Assembly: GCA_047967505.1 (NCBI GenBank)
Contig: CM106538.1
Source of the DNA: Dipteris shenzhenensis
Taxonomy: Eukaryota
Direction: 5' to 3' (one strand)
DNA length: 64,000 bases
Shown here: positions 11,878 to 26,644 of the stretch, one piece after another
Numbering within the stretch: position 1 is the first letter of the stretch
Layout: the number at the start of each line of letters is the position of its first letter
The notes under the pieces: model-generated
Told to the model about the DNA's origin: nothing
Databases searched by the model: none
The model's input: the letters and a program-made list of their open reading frames with translations, nothing else
Translations under genes and position numbers: made by a program

Positions 11878-14800
11878 TGTTGTGTAGTCTCTATAGTGAC
11901 TCACATGTCATGGGGATCTTGAAGGAATGTCGATGGAGCCTCCACTCCAAGCCACTCCCTATGAGAGCAATGCAAAACATGAGCCGTCCGCAAGTGTCAC
12001 TCAAGCGGCTCCCGGATGGCTCCCAGATTGTTGCAATGTGTTTCCATGAGAGAAAGAGGGAAGGGGGAGAGGGGAGAAGAGAGGAGAGGGGGAGATGGGA
12101 GAATATAGATAGAGGGAGAGGGAAAGGGAAGGATGAAGGGGATAAAGTTTCAAACATAAAGGCACTACAAGGGAAACAAGAGAACACCCAAAGACACTCT
12201 TGAAAGAGAAGAGGGAGCTTGTATTTCAAACTTGTGCATACAACAATGAAGACCAAAGTCAACCATTTGGCCTTTTATACAAGTCATCTTTTGAAGGGAG
12301 GGCCAACCCTTTTCCTTATACCACTCTCTCTCATATCTCTTTTCCTTATACCTCTCTCTCATATCTCTTTTGTTACAATCACTTGGGCCCATATGGCACC
12401 AAGGCATTCTCTTGACCTCCTCTCATCTTCAAATGGCTCTTGTGTGATCCATATACGGGATCCAAATGGCTCTTGTGTTATCCTTGCCAATTTGGATGGT
12501 CCCGACGCCTACCTCTGTCTCAAGCCATTTGAGGCTCAAAACCCGCAGGACTAGGTCAATGTTGAGCCATTTGCAAACCCCATCGACCTAGCTTGGTGTT
12601 GAGCCATTTGCGGCTCAAAACCCATATGTTCGGATCCGTCACCGTGGTCCATGGCTGTGGCTATTAACATGCCTCCCTTTCTGTAGCTGAGCCACCCCTT
12701 GGATTAGCCACACTAGAGTAGGTGGGTGGAGAGGACTATCTGGAGGACTGCGTAGCGGTCCAATTAGTGTGGGGTGATCCATGTGAAGTACGAGCAAAAC
12801 TTCCAAAAATGGGTCGCATGCATGTCCTCGAAGGTGCAAATGTGATGGCAATGGAGGTTGCTAGACTCGAAGGTAAGGTGGTGGTCCTAGAACTGAGAGG
12901 GGCCAATGTCGGGGTTGAAGACAAGTTGGTTGTTGAGATTATGGAACTTGTCTTCAATCAATCAACTATGGGTGGGGAGATCATGGAGGAGCAAGAGAAT
13001 GAGGCAGTTGAAGTGGACCGTTGCAATGACCACGGGGTCAAGAACAAAGCTATTGGTGTCATTGAATGACTAGAGGTGCAAGCAAAATCCCTCCTGAGTC
13101 ATTTCCTTGGGAAAATTGTACTTTGGGAAGTTGTAAAGAATATCGGGGTCCTTTTGTTGGAGCTCCCAAAAGTGGGCCCAAGTCCATCGTCGTTCCATGG
13201 GCATGTAAAGGGGGTGGATCTGCCAGTCGACGTGTGCGTTGCAACAATAGCACCAAAATTGCTCCTTCTTCAAAAAAGGAATGCACCAATGAGGTTGAAG
13301 GCCAAGGCCAACGTTTGAGTCGATGAGAGGAATAAGTGCATCAAGAGCGATGTGGTACCTGCCACGTGTGCGCTTCAGATGGGTTCACTGCCAATCATTG
13401 AAGGACTAGGTAATGAACTGAGTGAGGGGGCGAACTTCCATAATTTCGTAGAGGTGGAGGCGAGAGCCTTCAAGCTTAGCCTTCTAGTGATGCATTAGGG
13501 CGCTGTTGGACAAGTCTTAGAAGGACTGCAGATCGGGTCACCATTGGACATCTTCAGGTGGGGATGAGGGGGATGTTGGAGGGACATCATTGTCATCCAT
13601 GGGCATAGGTTCCTCCTCAGTAGTCCATGCAGGCGACAGATCCATGGGCGTATGTTCAAAATTCATCTACTTTAGGAGTGTGTTGAGTGCCTCATTCATA
13701 AGGTCGACAGGAGCATTGGAGGAGATGGACTAGGAGGTCTCGTGTTGTGCATAGCTTGCATTGGAGGACTCCGACAGGTTTGTGTGGGATAGTGGGGACG
13801 TGGTGGGTTGCCGGGGGGGTTGGGCGGGATTTGTAGGAGGTGGCTACGGAATTTTGGGGGGTGGGGGTGGAGTTGAAGATAGCTATGGCTTCCTACCCTT
13901 CCTCCTCAGTGACATCTTTGGGGTAGGCTACATGAATAGTTTCAAAATTGTTAACTAGGGACTAGAGGGAGTCATGGAGAGCCTGTAGCACCCAGCTATA
14001 CAAAATGATTATGTCGAGGGGATGGTAGGCGGTGGAGCGGTATGCAACTAAGTGCCCTTGCATTTGGATAGAGAAGGCCCCCGACCATAGGTCTGCATCT
14101 AGTTGATATAGGCTAGGAGGCTATCAAGAGTGTAGACCCATGGGCTGAGTTTGTTAGGCTTCGCTAGTCGCATCACTTCATCATCTTATGGATAGTTTGT
14201 GGACTCTATGATGACCCGGCACCACGTCTGTAAGTTGAGTAGGATGGGGTGGGCAGCAAGGGTCTAAAGATCGAAAGGATAGAGGAGGGGATGAAGGTCG
14301 AATGAGAAATATGACATGGCGAGGATGGGGCGGCAATTGTCGGGATATTGTCAGAGGAGGTTTGGAGTGCATTGGGTGTAAGAGGGGCAGTGAGGTCTAT
14401 GTGGAAGATCAGGTTTTGTGCACACAGTGCATTGAAGTGCATTTGGAGTGTTTGGGGGACCGTGCATGGGGCAAGCGTGTAAGTGGTAAATTGTGCGGAG
14501 ACCTCCCGATACATCTGGAACTCTTGCTACTCCTCGTCTTCCAATGTTGATTCCTTTAGGCGGCTAGAGGTGTGCATGCTCTCATTTTCTGCCTGCATGG
14601 TGACTATGAGGGTATGATCCTGTGCTAAGAGATCCTGGAGGGTTTGGATTTGTTTATCGGATCCCTCCCTGAGTCTAGCTTGCTACTCCTTGGCTTGCGC
14701 CCTGTGCTTTTTCATGGCATGAAGGCTGGATTCTACCTTATCCAACTGGTCCATGAGGGTTTGGACCAAGGATTCACTGGCAGAGCTCATCCTTCAGTTT

Positions 14801-17800
14801 GGTGAGGGAGACTTCCAGCTCTTTGGCCTTGGCATGATATTCCTCCACTTTGTCAAGGGCAGTTTGCCTTGTAGCTTGTGCGGCGACCATAAGTGTGTGG
14901 CTATCGCGTGCGTTGAGTTGTGCCCAGAGGAGAGAGAAGAGGCGTTCTCTTGCCTCCTTTGCAGAATTGTTCGCGCCACTTACGAGAGCTGGGCCATCAC
15001 ATCCAGCATCTAGAGCTCCATCTGATTGGCATGTGAGAGCTACTCGGTTGACATGGTGCTATAGCCACCCGGTGTCTAATACTGGGGTGCATTGCAAAAC
15101 TGGAGGGCTTCTATGAGCCCATACCATGGGGACAAGGAGGATCCGATGATGAAGGAGGCAGTCTTGGGGTTGGGCGGAAGCTGAGGCCGAGACTTTTGGA
15201 GTAGAGGGGGCATCCTGCATACCTTAGGCTCCAAGGTGGAGGCCAATGTGTATTGTATCATCCCTAGGGAAGTCGTCGATGTTGATGGGGTCCTGGGTGG
15301 CAGCCTTGGCCTTAAAGAGTGGAGCGGCATGCTCGAGATGATGCTACCTTCTAAGGAATTCCTACACCTAGCAGTCTTTGTATTGGGCATGCAGCTGGCT
15401 ATCAAGGGGTGGCTGAGCGAGACGGTTGGAGGGCGTGGTGCTTGGATCCGGTCCTTAGTCGTTTAGGTATAGCCACTGTCTCCTCTTCTTTTGCTAGCAC
15501 AGGTCATGTGGTTGCTTTGTCAGGCAGCCCATATCCGATCGGCAATTGTTGCTGTAGCATGTGGTAGAGCACTTGCATATATAGCATGGGGTTACCGAGA
15601 CCTCGCAATGAGTCTTGAGGTCTTCTCGCATCTAAGCGCACAAGTAATCCGACCAATTGGTCTCCTGTGGTGCTGCCAATCTTGTGAGGATGTTGGGCAC
15701 GATTGATTGGTGGTGGTCCATATGATGCTTGACTTGGGTCAGCCATGGAGCACACATGCTTTTCCAACTCCGGCTTAGTGATTCTGGAGAAGTGGATGCA
15801 GCTCTTGCTCTTCTTTTGGTCATAGTTGCAGATCTGCCCGAGGGCTTCGTGCAACTTTTTCTTATGTGAGTACTTTTCTACAATGACAGGGAGGTTGAAG
15901 GCAACGTGCACCATGTCCACATTAAGGTGGTAGAAGTGGGGGGTGCCTATTGTGTCACGTAGGATGTCGATGTTGGTGTTCAAGTTATAGGCCTAGAGGA
16001 ATTCCACAAGGAGCTTCATGTCAAGGTGACAAGCAAGGTGAACGGATCCAAGGCCTATTAGTGCTAGAGAAGCTTGCACCTCTAGCTCCTTGAGGGATTG
16101 GTATGCGGCCACATTGTGGTAGTGGAGGGTGTAATCATGCCCCTCATAGGTGTATCGGGAGTGGATCGTGCATCCAACAGCGAGTGCATCTAGACCCCAC
16201 AATCTTGTACTCCCCTTGCATTGGAGCTAGGGTACGCTTCTTGGATGTCTTAGAGCGAGTGGTCAGAGCTGCTGTTAATGGAACCTGAGTGGTTTATTGT
16301 GTCAAGATTTCCTCCTTTGTTTATAGTTCTTCTGCTGGAATATCAAAGGGAATTCGGATTGTCCTTGAGGGTGTACTCTAGGATTCAGAGGGGCCAGTTC
16401 GTTGTCGAGATCCACAGAAAAAAGGAGGGTAGGTGTGTGAGGAGAGAGTTGATGGAGCAGGATGAGGTTGAGGACATTCAATGGAGGCTGGAAGAGGGCT
16501 GAGGGCTGAGGAAGATATGGGAGAAATTTGACAGAGTTTTGCTCTTTTTGTTAAGGTGACAACCCGAGGGGTTAGGGGGGCCTTTTATAGTTTTGGTATC
16601 CCTACGACTGGAGGGATAGGATAAGGTGATGGGTCGAGGGGATCGGAGCTATAGTGACGAGTCCATAGGATAATAGAAAAGGCGATGATCGTGGGGTTAA
16701 GAGGAAGGCAACGGCCATGAGGATCGCTAAAAAGCAACAGCCGTGGGGATAATAGAAAAGCAACGGCCATGGGGATGGGGGGAAGGTGATGGTCGTGGGG
16801 ATAGGGGAAGGCAATTGCTGTGGGGACACATAAAGGTGACAGCCATGGGGATAACAGATGTCAAAATTTGTGAGAGAGAGAAGGGGGGGGGAAGGGAAAG
16901 GGGAAAAAAGGTAAAGAGAGAAAGAAGGAAAAGGAAGAAAAGGGAAAACAGGGACAAAAGAAAAAGAGGGGGCTGTTGATGCTGAGGGGAATGTTGATGC
17001 TGAGGGTATCGTGCGAAGGGAAAAATGGGAAAATGGATGTGGTGATGCATAGACTCATGTGAAAGTATTCAAAACATGAAGAAAATGCACAAAAAATGCT
17101 AACCGTGAATGTGAGTGGGTGCATTGGGATACCAAGGACTTGTGAGCTGTTGATGCACGTGGGTGTTTTGCCTACCGTACGGACTCATCTAGATGTGGAC
17201 TTGATGATTAGCAACAATGGAGATGAATGTCGAGCAACAACATACCACGTCATCAGCCAAGTAGAGCACGCATTGAGTTTGTGCATCATCTTGGTTGTCA
17301 GGTGTTTGTTCTTTTCCCTTTGATGAATCTCTCTCGAGGTAAGGCACGTGGGTTCTTGTGTGGCTTGTGGTACCACGACCCTTGATGTTGTAGACGGGTT
17401 ATGCTCGAGTAACATTGTCAGTGCTCTATTGAGTAAGGTGTCCTTTGATAGCATGCGCATGGGCCTGAAGAACGGTTCTTGTGTAACTGCCCCGCTTTTA
17501 GGGGTCAGTTTTGGTGTTGCTTCCTTGAGGACCGGAGTGACCTTCTCATTGAGTTGCACTATTCGTGGAATCATGGCACTTCGTGGGCTTGGGGGCTTGT
17601 TTGTCGCGATGGGCTTGAGGGTAAGTTCTTGTGGAACTGCATTCATAGTTGACACAGGTTATTGTGTTACTACCTCCCAAACCCCAATGAGTTGGGATCA
17701 CGTATTCGATGTTGTCAAAAGTTTCTAGACCCAAGCGGCTCACTTGTCTTGTAGTAGCCCTGCCTTCCAAGAGCTTTGTCGCAACCCATTTCTTGTGAGG

Positions 17801-19226
17801 CCGCTATGCTTGGATTGGTGAAATTGGCCCTTGCAGAGTCAAGGCGATTGGTAGCGTTGAGCTCTTCTCTTGGATGGGATTGCCCATGCTGGTGTAGGTC
17901 AAGAAGAGTTTGGAGACTCTTCCCCTACTTTGGTCTTCCAGGGCCGTTGACTTCTATTGAAGTGGCATTGTGCACAGAGACTGGCTTCTTGTACCTATTG
18001 TTTGTGGCATTTCTGGGTGGGCGGTAAGGGAGGAAGAGTAGCTTGTGGCATGGCCTTGCTATTGTCATTGCGGTTAGAACTTCGTGCTATCCCGGCCTGG
18101 ACTTCCTTTTGAGCATTAGACCCATGAAGAAGGGTGCTTCGAAGGAAATGATAGCCCAACTAAGGTTAAAGAAGTAAACCTAGCACCGGAAGGGGAGGAC
18201 CCCCAACCAATATTCATAGAAGATGACCTCACCCCCAATGAGGAGCATGCTTTAATTGTCCTCCTTTGAGAGTACAAGGATTGCATGGCCTAAAAATACT
18301 CAAATATGAAGGGTGTGCCCGTCGAAGTCGTGCAGCACATAATATCCATGCCAGATGACATCAAGCCAATGCACCAGTATCCCTATCCTATGAATCCCAA
18401 ATATGAGCTTATAGTGAGGGAGGAGATCCAAAAACTTATAGATGTGGAATTCATCTATGATGTAGAGCATACAGATTGGGTGTCACCCATTGTGATAGTC
18501 CTAAAAAAGAATGGAAATATTAGAGTATGCGTGGATTTGAAGAAAATGTCACCACCAGGCGTGACCACTATCCCTTCCCTTTCACGGTACAAGTTCTAGA
18601 AAGAGTAGCTAGAAAGGAAGCTTATAGCTTCCTAGATGGATTCTCGGGATACAACCAAGTATCTATCACCCCGTAGGATCAACGTAAAACTGCCTTCGCA
18701 ATCGAGTGGGGTGTGTATGCGGCCAAAGTAATGATATTTGGGCTTACCAATGTGCGTGCCACATTTCAGTGCCAATTGATGATCATCATCTTCAAGGAGT
18801 ACCTAAGGGACCCTCTCTTTTCCATATGTCCACATTCTCCTTATTCCACATAGGAATTTTAGAAGGATTCCTCTTGACTCCACACTCCTCCACATGCCTT
18901 CCACACGCTTGGCATGTGATCTCTCTTATATTATTGGAACACATGGACATGAGGCCACCTCTTTATATGACTCACTCTTCCTATTTTCCAAAAACCACAT
19001 AATATCCCATACACAAATAACTCTCACCCCATACTAAGGTATTTATCATTCATACACATGGTATTTACAATGATCCATTCCAATCATCCTCTCAATCCCA
19101 TACAATATCTTAGAAAATAGAAATAAGTGAGAGCCGCTAGGCTATCACTTGATACTCAAACTCTTATCAAACATAGAAGAAAACAATACCAATGCCAAAT
19201 AAAAAATATCAATTTTTGGCGTCACA
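11878..19226. mobile_element. Nest of decayed LTR-retrotransposon sequence interrupting the CACTA transposase
   Basis: Starts tgttg and ends ...gtcaca at the points where CACTA homology stops and resumes. It contains a plus-strand RT fragment and long decayed minus-strand ORF remnants. The boundaries are approximate and no TSD was found. Confidence 0.55.
18130..18810 (+). pseudogene. Non-chromovirus (Athila/Tat-type) gypsy RT N-terminal fragment
   Basis: YPMNPKYELIVREEIQKLIDVEFIYDVEHTDWVSPIVIVLKKNGNIRVCVD, then YSFLDGFSGYNQV and FGLTN. Confidence 0.88.
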
Positions 19227-19227
19227 G

Positions 19228-20170
19228 TAGGTATCTAAAGGGATTAATGCCATCCATAGCCAATCCATGATATAAATATTCATCTTTAAACTCTAACCAC
19301 ATGCTATCTATGTGGTTCCGTGCCTTCCCATCCAGTTGTGCTCTCAACAAATAATTTGTTGAGCAATTTTGAGCATGCTAGTCTAGGAGTTGGAGCAATG
19401 AAGTGCAATACTAGTCCATAAGTTGGAACAATGAAGCATAATGAAACATGTGTTTTAGCTTGGATATAATAGGCATATGCCATACCACTTTCTTTGGTAT
19501 TTCACCCCTTTTTGTATCTTGCCTATAGTAGTATAGATCTTCTCACTTCAAACAATATGTAGCATCTTCATATGTATCCGTATAAAGACTCCAATCATTT
19601 AGGAAAGCATGGATGGAGTTATCATCCATACCCCATACTTTAGGAACCTACTTGCCCCTTTTGTGAACTCTAGGACTATTTTGCCTTTGGGAACCAATGT
19701 GCCAAATAAATCTTACAAAAAATGCAAATGTGGGAGTGGGTCTATGTTTGACAAAGCTCTTGTTACAATTGAGCAAAATGGATGTGACACTTATGTCAAA
19801 CCACCCATATGTAGCTTGTAGATTCAAAATGAGAAGTCTTATTTGAGAAGAATGTGACATTATATCAACAAGCCATCCAAAAGAGAAGCATTATTATCAG
19901 CCAAAATGTGTTGTATGACATTATATTTGACTTATCTCTTAATTGAGAATCATTAGGACTCAAGGGGTGCATTTTATATACTCTTTAGCACCTAGAATGT
20001 CCTCTTCTTTGTCCTCATTCTTTAGATTTGGATCAAAATATGCATCTATCATGTCATTCATTGTATCATCTTGCTCATCCTTTTGTGCAGGTACATGTAC
20101 TTTGATAGTTTTAATGTAGTTATCATTCATGAGGTCAATAATGCAATAATACAAAATGTTGCTCATTACC
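19228..20170 (-). pseudogene. CACTA TnpD transposase N-terminal part (Tnp2/Transposase_21-like)
   Basis: GLAMDGINPF at ~19235-19268 (cf. LGLxTDGxNPF) and LNLQATYGWFDISVTSIL (cf. K..GWSD.SF..LL). Confidence 0.75.
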
Positions 20171-20545
20171 TAGTTCTTGTCTACCATCCTAAAATAGAAT
20201 ATCCACATTGAAATTAGTTTCAAATCAACACAAATAATTACTCAAACATCTTCCTTATCCTACACATGTGCTTACAATTCAAATCACTGGTAGTCTCAAA
20301 TATGCTTGCTAGCTATGCATTGTTGGATATGAAACATTGTGTCAACTTATAACACACATTATGCGAGTGACATAAAATCTTCTCACATAGATGATAAAAT
20401 TGATTTTGGGCTAATCTATCACAATTGAGATGCTCTATAACATCCACACATCAAAATATTTCCCCCACCAAATTATAAGATAAGTTCAGACTTCATATAT
20501 GATAGCATTAAATTGTATATACAAGGAAACATGTGATTAAATTAC

Positions 20546-20609
<64 letters not shown>
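20546..20609. repeat. (GT)n(GA)n microsatellite
   Basis: Direct inspection. Confidence 0.95.
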
Positions 20610-20611
<2 letters not shown>

Positions 20612-22059
20612 TATTCTTTGGGATAATTTGTTTACTTTTAAAATTTTAACTATTTTTTAGATCTTTGAGTATTTGTATTATTTTCCTATGTAGAGGAGAG
20701 TCCTGCAATGGAGGGCATTGGTCGACAAATTAGAATATGTCAAGGAGAGTTGTGTGATGGAGGGGATTGCTACAAATTATTTGTTAAAAACAAATAAACG
20801 AAGGGTTTTAGCATTTTTAAGGCTCGGGCCCTTTATAAGTACCTTACTTTAGGTCATTTTCACTTCAATTTTCACTCCTAGCCTTCTTGCCACTTTCCTT
20901 AATTGTCTATTGTTCTATTCGACACCATCTACTAATTTGTTGCCCTAGTTCACAACATTTGTCTTCCTGGTGATGAAATACTCCAAACTAACATTTGAAG
21001 CTTATATATCATCAATTGACTCGATATCTTTGAGTGACCAAATATACCCAATCCTTTGTGAGTCAATAGAAACCTTGAGATCCTTCCCTTCCCTCCCTCG
21101 ATTTTTTTGATAGGATATTGGCTTACCAATCCATTCAAATAAGGTACTCTCTTCAACAGTGGCTCCATATTGATGTATTAAATCTATAGATTCTAGCCAA
21201 AACTTTAAGAAGGTTATTGGTAGGTCCCCATAAAATATCCCTCAATCTCTAGATGTGGAGCCTATCCCCCTTGATGAAAGCTTAACTATCCCTCTTTAGT
21301 TATTGATAGAGAGAGATGCATCCCTCATTGTAGTCATACTATCCTCACAATTTGATGGCACTAGTTGTGAAAGTAGTTGTCCTAGCATGCACAAGTGTAG
21401 GTTGACATGAATGGATTTTTTACCCTTTTTTACTTTTATTGTTTAAATTTTGATTTTTCTTGTAACTAATCGTCTCTAGTTCAAATTTTCTCCCTTTGAT
21501 GCCTTGATTGCTTTGGGTACCAAAGACCTTGGCAAGCTGTTATTGGCTCTCTTCGTATGTATCTTTTCTTTAACTACCAAAGACCTTGGAAATGTGTTAT
21601 TAAGTCTCTTCATATGTATATTTTCTATTAGGAACTTCAAAAAATGATGTTGTGGATTTATCAAGTAGGCATGAAAGAAAGTAACCTTGGTCACCTTTTA
21701 AAGATTTTGAGCTCAAAAAGACATCACACTCCTTGAAGATATGATGTGGGTTTATGAAGTGAGTGTGAAAGAGATTACCCTTGGTCACCTTTAAAGATGT
21801 CAAGCTTAAATAGGAAATTGCATTCCTTTGTGTGCTGATTCTAGCACTATATTTCCATGAATGTGATTAAGATAAAAGATTTGGGAAACATATTTCTTTA
21901 AAAGTGTTGATTAGGTTCCCATTGATCACAAAGTGGAAGTGTCTTCACCATATGATTTGATTACATCCCATCAAACGTTGCATAAGTCTTTGAGGTGTGT
22001 CTTTTCAAGTCATTAATTTTTAATCTACATCAACTTGCTTTAGTTATGTGTGATGATTT

Positions 22060-23507
22060 TGTTGGAACTTGGGGAGAGAGGAGAGCTTCATCATGGAGGG
22101 GAGTGAGAACACATGAGATATTCAGATGGGTGTTCTATTCATTGTGAGAGGGAAGTCCCTCTTTTATAGAAATGGAGAGAGGGTGTCCTCTCCTACATCA
22201 ATGAAGGTAACTCCTAAATCATAGGAACTTCACAATCATAGGCACCACCCCATGTGGGGGCCTTTGCATTACATCATCACTTGTGTCATGGCCTATGGCA
22301 CTAAGTGTGCCTCTTCTACACACACATACACAACCATATGACTACTAGTGGATGCACACATGCACCTAGCAAGTCCTTGATCACACACATCCCAACATAC
22401 CCCCCCTCAAGTGTTTGCCTCTTGCTATGTCAAGGATACATCTAGTCACATAGTTTCTCATGCCATCTCATGGTGGTCAAGGATGAATCTATGGCTAGGA
22501 TCTCATGCTAGCAAAGGTTTCCAAGGGTCAAGGTTTACAAAAATGGGATAGACCCCCCCAAAATTGTTATCTCCCTTGCATGTACAAGGATGAATCTTAG
22601 GTCCTTTGACCACCAAACTTGAATAAATTTAGGATTTGAAATAGTGCCCCAATGGAGGCTGAAATTCGGGCTATAGAAAGCAAATCAAAGAGTGGTTTTA
22701 TAGTAGAAACAAAGCTTATATACCCTTGAACATCCTCCAGGAAGGAATTGTGCCATAAGTCGCCATGTCATCGATTAGAAGAAGAGAGATTCTGACTGTA
22801 AAAATGACAAGTGTAGCTCGAATATAGCTCTATATGAGCTCAAACTTGATCAAAAGAATCCTTATATGTCGCCCAGCTTGTGCTAAGAGCATTTGATCAA
22901 TGGATACTCCTACAGGCTAAATTACGCAAAAGTTTATTGGACAGAGAAGCTATTGGCATGCATGACTGGAGTGGTATTTCCTTAATTGCTTGGACTTGAA
23001 GATTTGCCCCAACCTAAGGAAGCTAGAGCTTAGAGGGCTCAGGAAATGATTGCCTACAGAGGGAGAACAAGCACTTGGAAAAATTGGGAAAAGAGGTGGA
23101 AGAAAGCATGAAGAAGGAGAGAGATGGGGAAGATGATGACATGGCAGTTTTGGAAGCTCTAGATGCTCATGGAGGTCAGAGTGGCTCTGATACCAAATGT
23201 TGGAACTTGGGGAGAGAGGAGAGCTTCATCATGGAGGGGAGTGAGAACACATGAGATATTCAAATGGGTGTTTTATTCATTGTGGGAGGGAAGCCCCTCT
23301 TTTATAGAAATGGAGAGAGGGTGTCCTCTCCTACATCAATGGAGGTAGCTCCTAAATCATTGGAACTCCACAATCATAGGCACCACCCCATGTGGGGGCC
23401 TTTGCATTACATCATCACCTATGTCATGGCCTATGGCACTAAGTGTGCCTCTTCTACATACACACACACAACCATATGACTGCTAGTGGATGCACACACG
23501 CACCTAG
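22060..23507 (-). mobile_element. Small non-autonomous (TRIM-like) LTR element: LTRs 22060-22397 and 23198-~23507 (outer end truncated), PBS 23184-23195, PPT ~22398-22411
   Basis: Near-identical ~310-340 bp direct repeats begin tgttgg and end cccaaca. gctctgatacca is the iMet PBS on minus, and a C-run PPT is present. The ~800 bp interior has no recognisable protein domain. Confidence 0.9.
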
Positions 23508-24282
23508 TAATAGAGGTGAAGAGATTGCTCTAAGATTGTGCAAGGATTTCAAGTATAAAAATTGCTCTCCAAAGGGTGCAAAATTTGGTAAATCTTGTTG
23601 TGGTTTAGTGTAGATGCTGAGAATCAATTGTTAGAGACTATACATTTTTTAAGGAAATAGAGCTTTTAGCTTATTTTATTATTTTATTTGTGATTGCTAG
23701 ATTAGAAGGTAGAAAGGAAGAGAAATTATATAGGTTATATACCTATTTGCAACAACAAGATGAGTAGAATTACTAATTTGAGAGTGGTTATCATTGTAAT
23801 GACACCATGCAAAGTGGACTATCAGAACCCATTTACTATTATCAACTTGGCATTGATGAGATGAATGGCATTTCCAAATTGAGAATGGTTATCATTGCAA
23901 GCATGCAACACTTATGAATGGTACAATACCACCATGTAGAGTGGAATGTTAAAGTTCTATTAAAGCCCATTTATGGTATTTAGTTTTGTGAATGGAGTGC
24001 TCCTTAATTCTTTTGATTGGATTTGTTAACATGTGCTCTCTATGCTTTGAGGTGATTTGATTTATCAAGATAAAATATCATGAATATTCAACCTAATGGC
24101 TACAAGATAATCGTAAAATCTGTATCTCGTTTACTAAAATTTCATATCAATTTGAAACCACTCGCACATCAAAGATAATTTTTTGTTCTAAATCCTCATA
24201 GTAGTAGCGAGAACAATGACATTGTGTATACACAGCATCTTTAGAGCAAAAACATTTCCCAAAAAATTTTCCATTGTCTGAC

Positions 24283-24283
<1 letters not shown>

Positions 24284-24317
<34 letters not shown>
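24284..24317. repeat. (CT)n microsatellite
   Basis: Direct inspection. Confidence 0.95.
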
Positions 24318-24320
<3 letters not shown>

Positions 24321-26309
24321 GGTGTCTATAGCAATTTGCTCTCATCAGTCTCTGACAATCAAGCAGATTGTATGGTAGTAGCTCATGCATGGAAATAAGA
24401 ACTAGACAAGGGTCTAGGGCAGAGTAAAGCAATTGAAAGATCGAGAAAGCTAACACACAATATTTCCCTTATCACCCAACTTCAATGCTTGAGGGTAGAG
24501 AATAGAAGAGCTGGCTATGGGATGGTGGAGCGAGATGCTAGCTGAGGGCAAAGGCACTGAGGATGGGGGTAGGCTGTGTGAGAAGGACTCGAGGGGAGGA
24601 AAGGAGAGGGCTGAGCAAGGAGGTTCGGAGGCTTTATAGCATCAGAAGGTAGTTTTTGGATGATTCCAGATCTACTTAATTGATTCCTGATAGCCTATCT
24701 TACATTGCCACTATCCCTCCCACTCTTAATAACTAATACCATTTTTCACCAACTAGGGGCCCCTATTGGGCTTCGTGGTAGGGTGTGAAAGTAGCTTCAA
24801 CCCATTTAACATTCCTAGGAGTGCTAACCCACCCAAATATTCTAATGATTAGCACCCAAATATTCTAATGATAAGGTGCCATTATCATGGATGTAATGTT
24901 TTGTATAGTCCTATCCATCCAAACTCGAGGTTTGGATTTTTGGGCCTCAATATTGAATAGTAAACGAGAACCAATACTCCTTTTTGAAAATACTCTAGCT
25001 TTATGTGTCTATCATGCGAAGACTTTTTCAATTTTCAATTATTGCTTGTTACCGTTGGGGATGACACCCTGAATCAATTCACTTTATAACTTTACATGAA
25101 TGATTAAAACACTTTGTTCCATATTGGATCCACTATTTGTCACTTTTGGTAAATGCACCATTGGCATCAAAGCTCCCTTTTTGTTTCAACGTTGTGAAAG
25201 AACCATCTATAGTAAGGTGCTACTTCCATTGAATCCTTACTTCATTCTATTGTTTCTTCTCTAAAGGTTCCTCTTAGTCCTATATTTTTAACAACGGTTC
25301 ATGAGAGGTAGCTATTTCATTAGTTCCTACATTATTTACTTGGTTACTTTCTTTTATTTCTTCTAATTGGAACTTATATATTATGGGAGGAGATAATGAG
25401 ATTTGACTAGGATGCAATTTTATCAAACTATAAGCCACTGAATGCAATGGATATTATGGGAGGATGGTGACATAGTGAGATTTCAAAGAGGTTATTTTCC
25501 ACTTTTTTAAAATTTGAATACTGGTGCAACTTGCATATACTATGCTTTATATTCATGTGAGGTACTAGTTGTATCTGGAGAGATTGGATTGATACATGTT
25601 TATGTTTTTTGGCTTCTTGTTTAAAAAGTTATAAGTATAGAGACAAGAAATAGATGCGCACGTACTGGAAGTATGAAAAAAGAACGAACTTAAGTAGAAA
25701 GCAAGTTACAAAATGTAGCTAAAAACATAGAGGCCTCCCTCGTTCATTATATACTAAGGTGGTTCATGAGCCTAAACTAACCTACCATGTGGGCCTTTCC
25801 ATGCCCTTGTCATTGTCTTAATCTTTTCATCTTGGATTGGTATAACCTATCTGGTAGAGGATGAGGGATGTAAATTTGTTATCTATTTACTTAATAAAAA
25901 ATGGTTGTTGTGGATATTTAGATCCAAATGACTTACATAAAAAGTTTTGTTGGAGCACTCACCAAAGTTGTAGCTAGTCATCATTATTTCAATATTTCAA
26001 TGGAGGTATTCCAATAGTTTACCATGTGATATATGAAATTATATGTTCATAATTGTATATACCACATGGTGAATAATATTTCACCCCTTGATAAAGTCTA
26101 CCTATAAAAAGAGAAAAAATAAGAGCACGAACATGTACGAAAATAACATACATCAAATAAAATGCATTACTTGACAAGATAGTAAGTAATAAAGAGAGAA
26201 AATATGCTAAGAAGTGGCCCTTGCTACATCTCCCAAGGAGAATAAGGTTCGATATTTTGTTGAGGGTCTCCTTAAGTTCTTCCTTTATTGAGCTCCTCCT
26301 TTGCTATGT

Positions 26310-26545
26310 GCCATATAAAAAATGGTATGAATGATGCTCCAACCCCAAAAATATGCAAAATGGGCTAGCTCATAGTGATTGATTTGTTTGGGCCACAAAT
26401 TTTGCCTAGGTCTTTAAGGTCATTAATTGTAATCATACAACCCAACTCCTCTTTTGGTCTTACATACTCAACAATCCCTACCTCCAAAAGGTCCACGGTT
26501 ATTAGATTTCCTTCAACAAAAAGCTTGATAATTCTTTCCTTTATC
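26310..26545 (-). pseudogene. NRPD2: RNA polymerase IV/V second-largest subunit fragment, inverted copy
   Basis: VDLLEVGIVEYVRPKEELGCMI...HIFGVGASFIPF. It is the reverse complement of 26645-26860. Confidence 0.7.
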
Positions 26546-26644
26546 CTAGGGCTTGGCCTAAGGAATGGGCCAAGGTGTTCATAAGGCACGGGGCTAGATG
26601 GGACTACTCCTGATGTACAAGTGCTTGGAGTCTCTCTAGAAATA

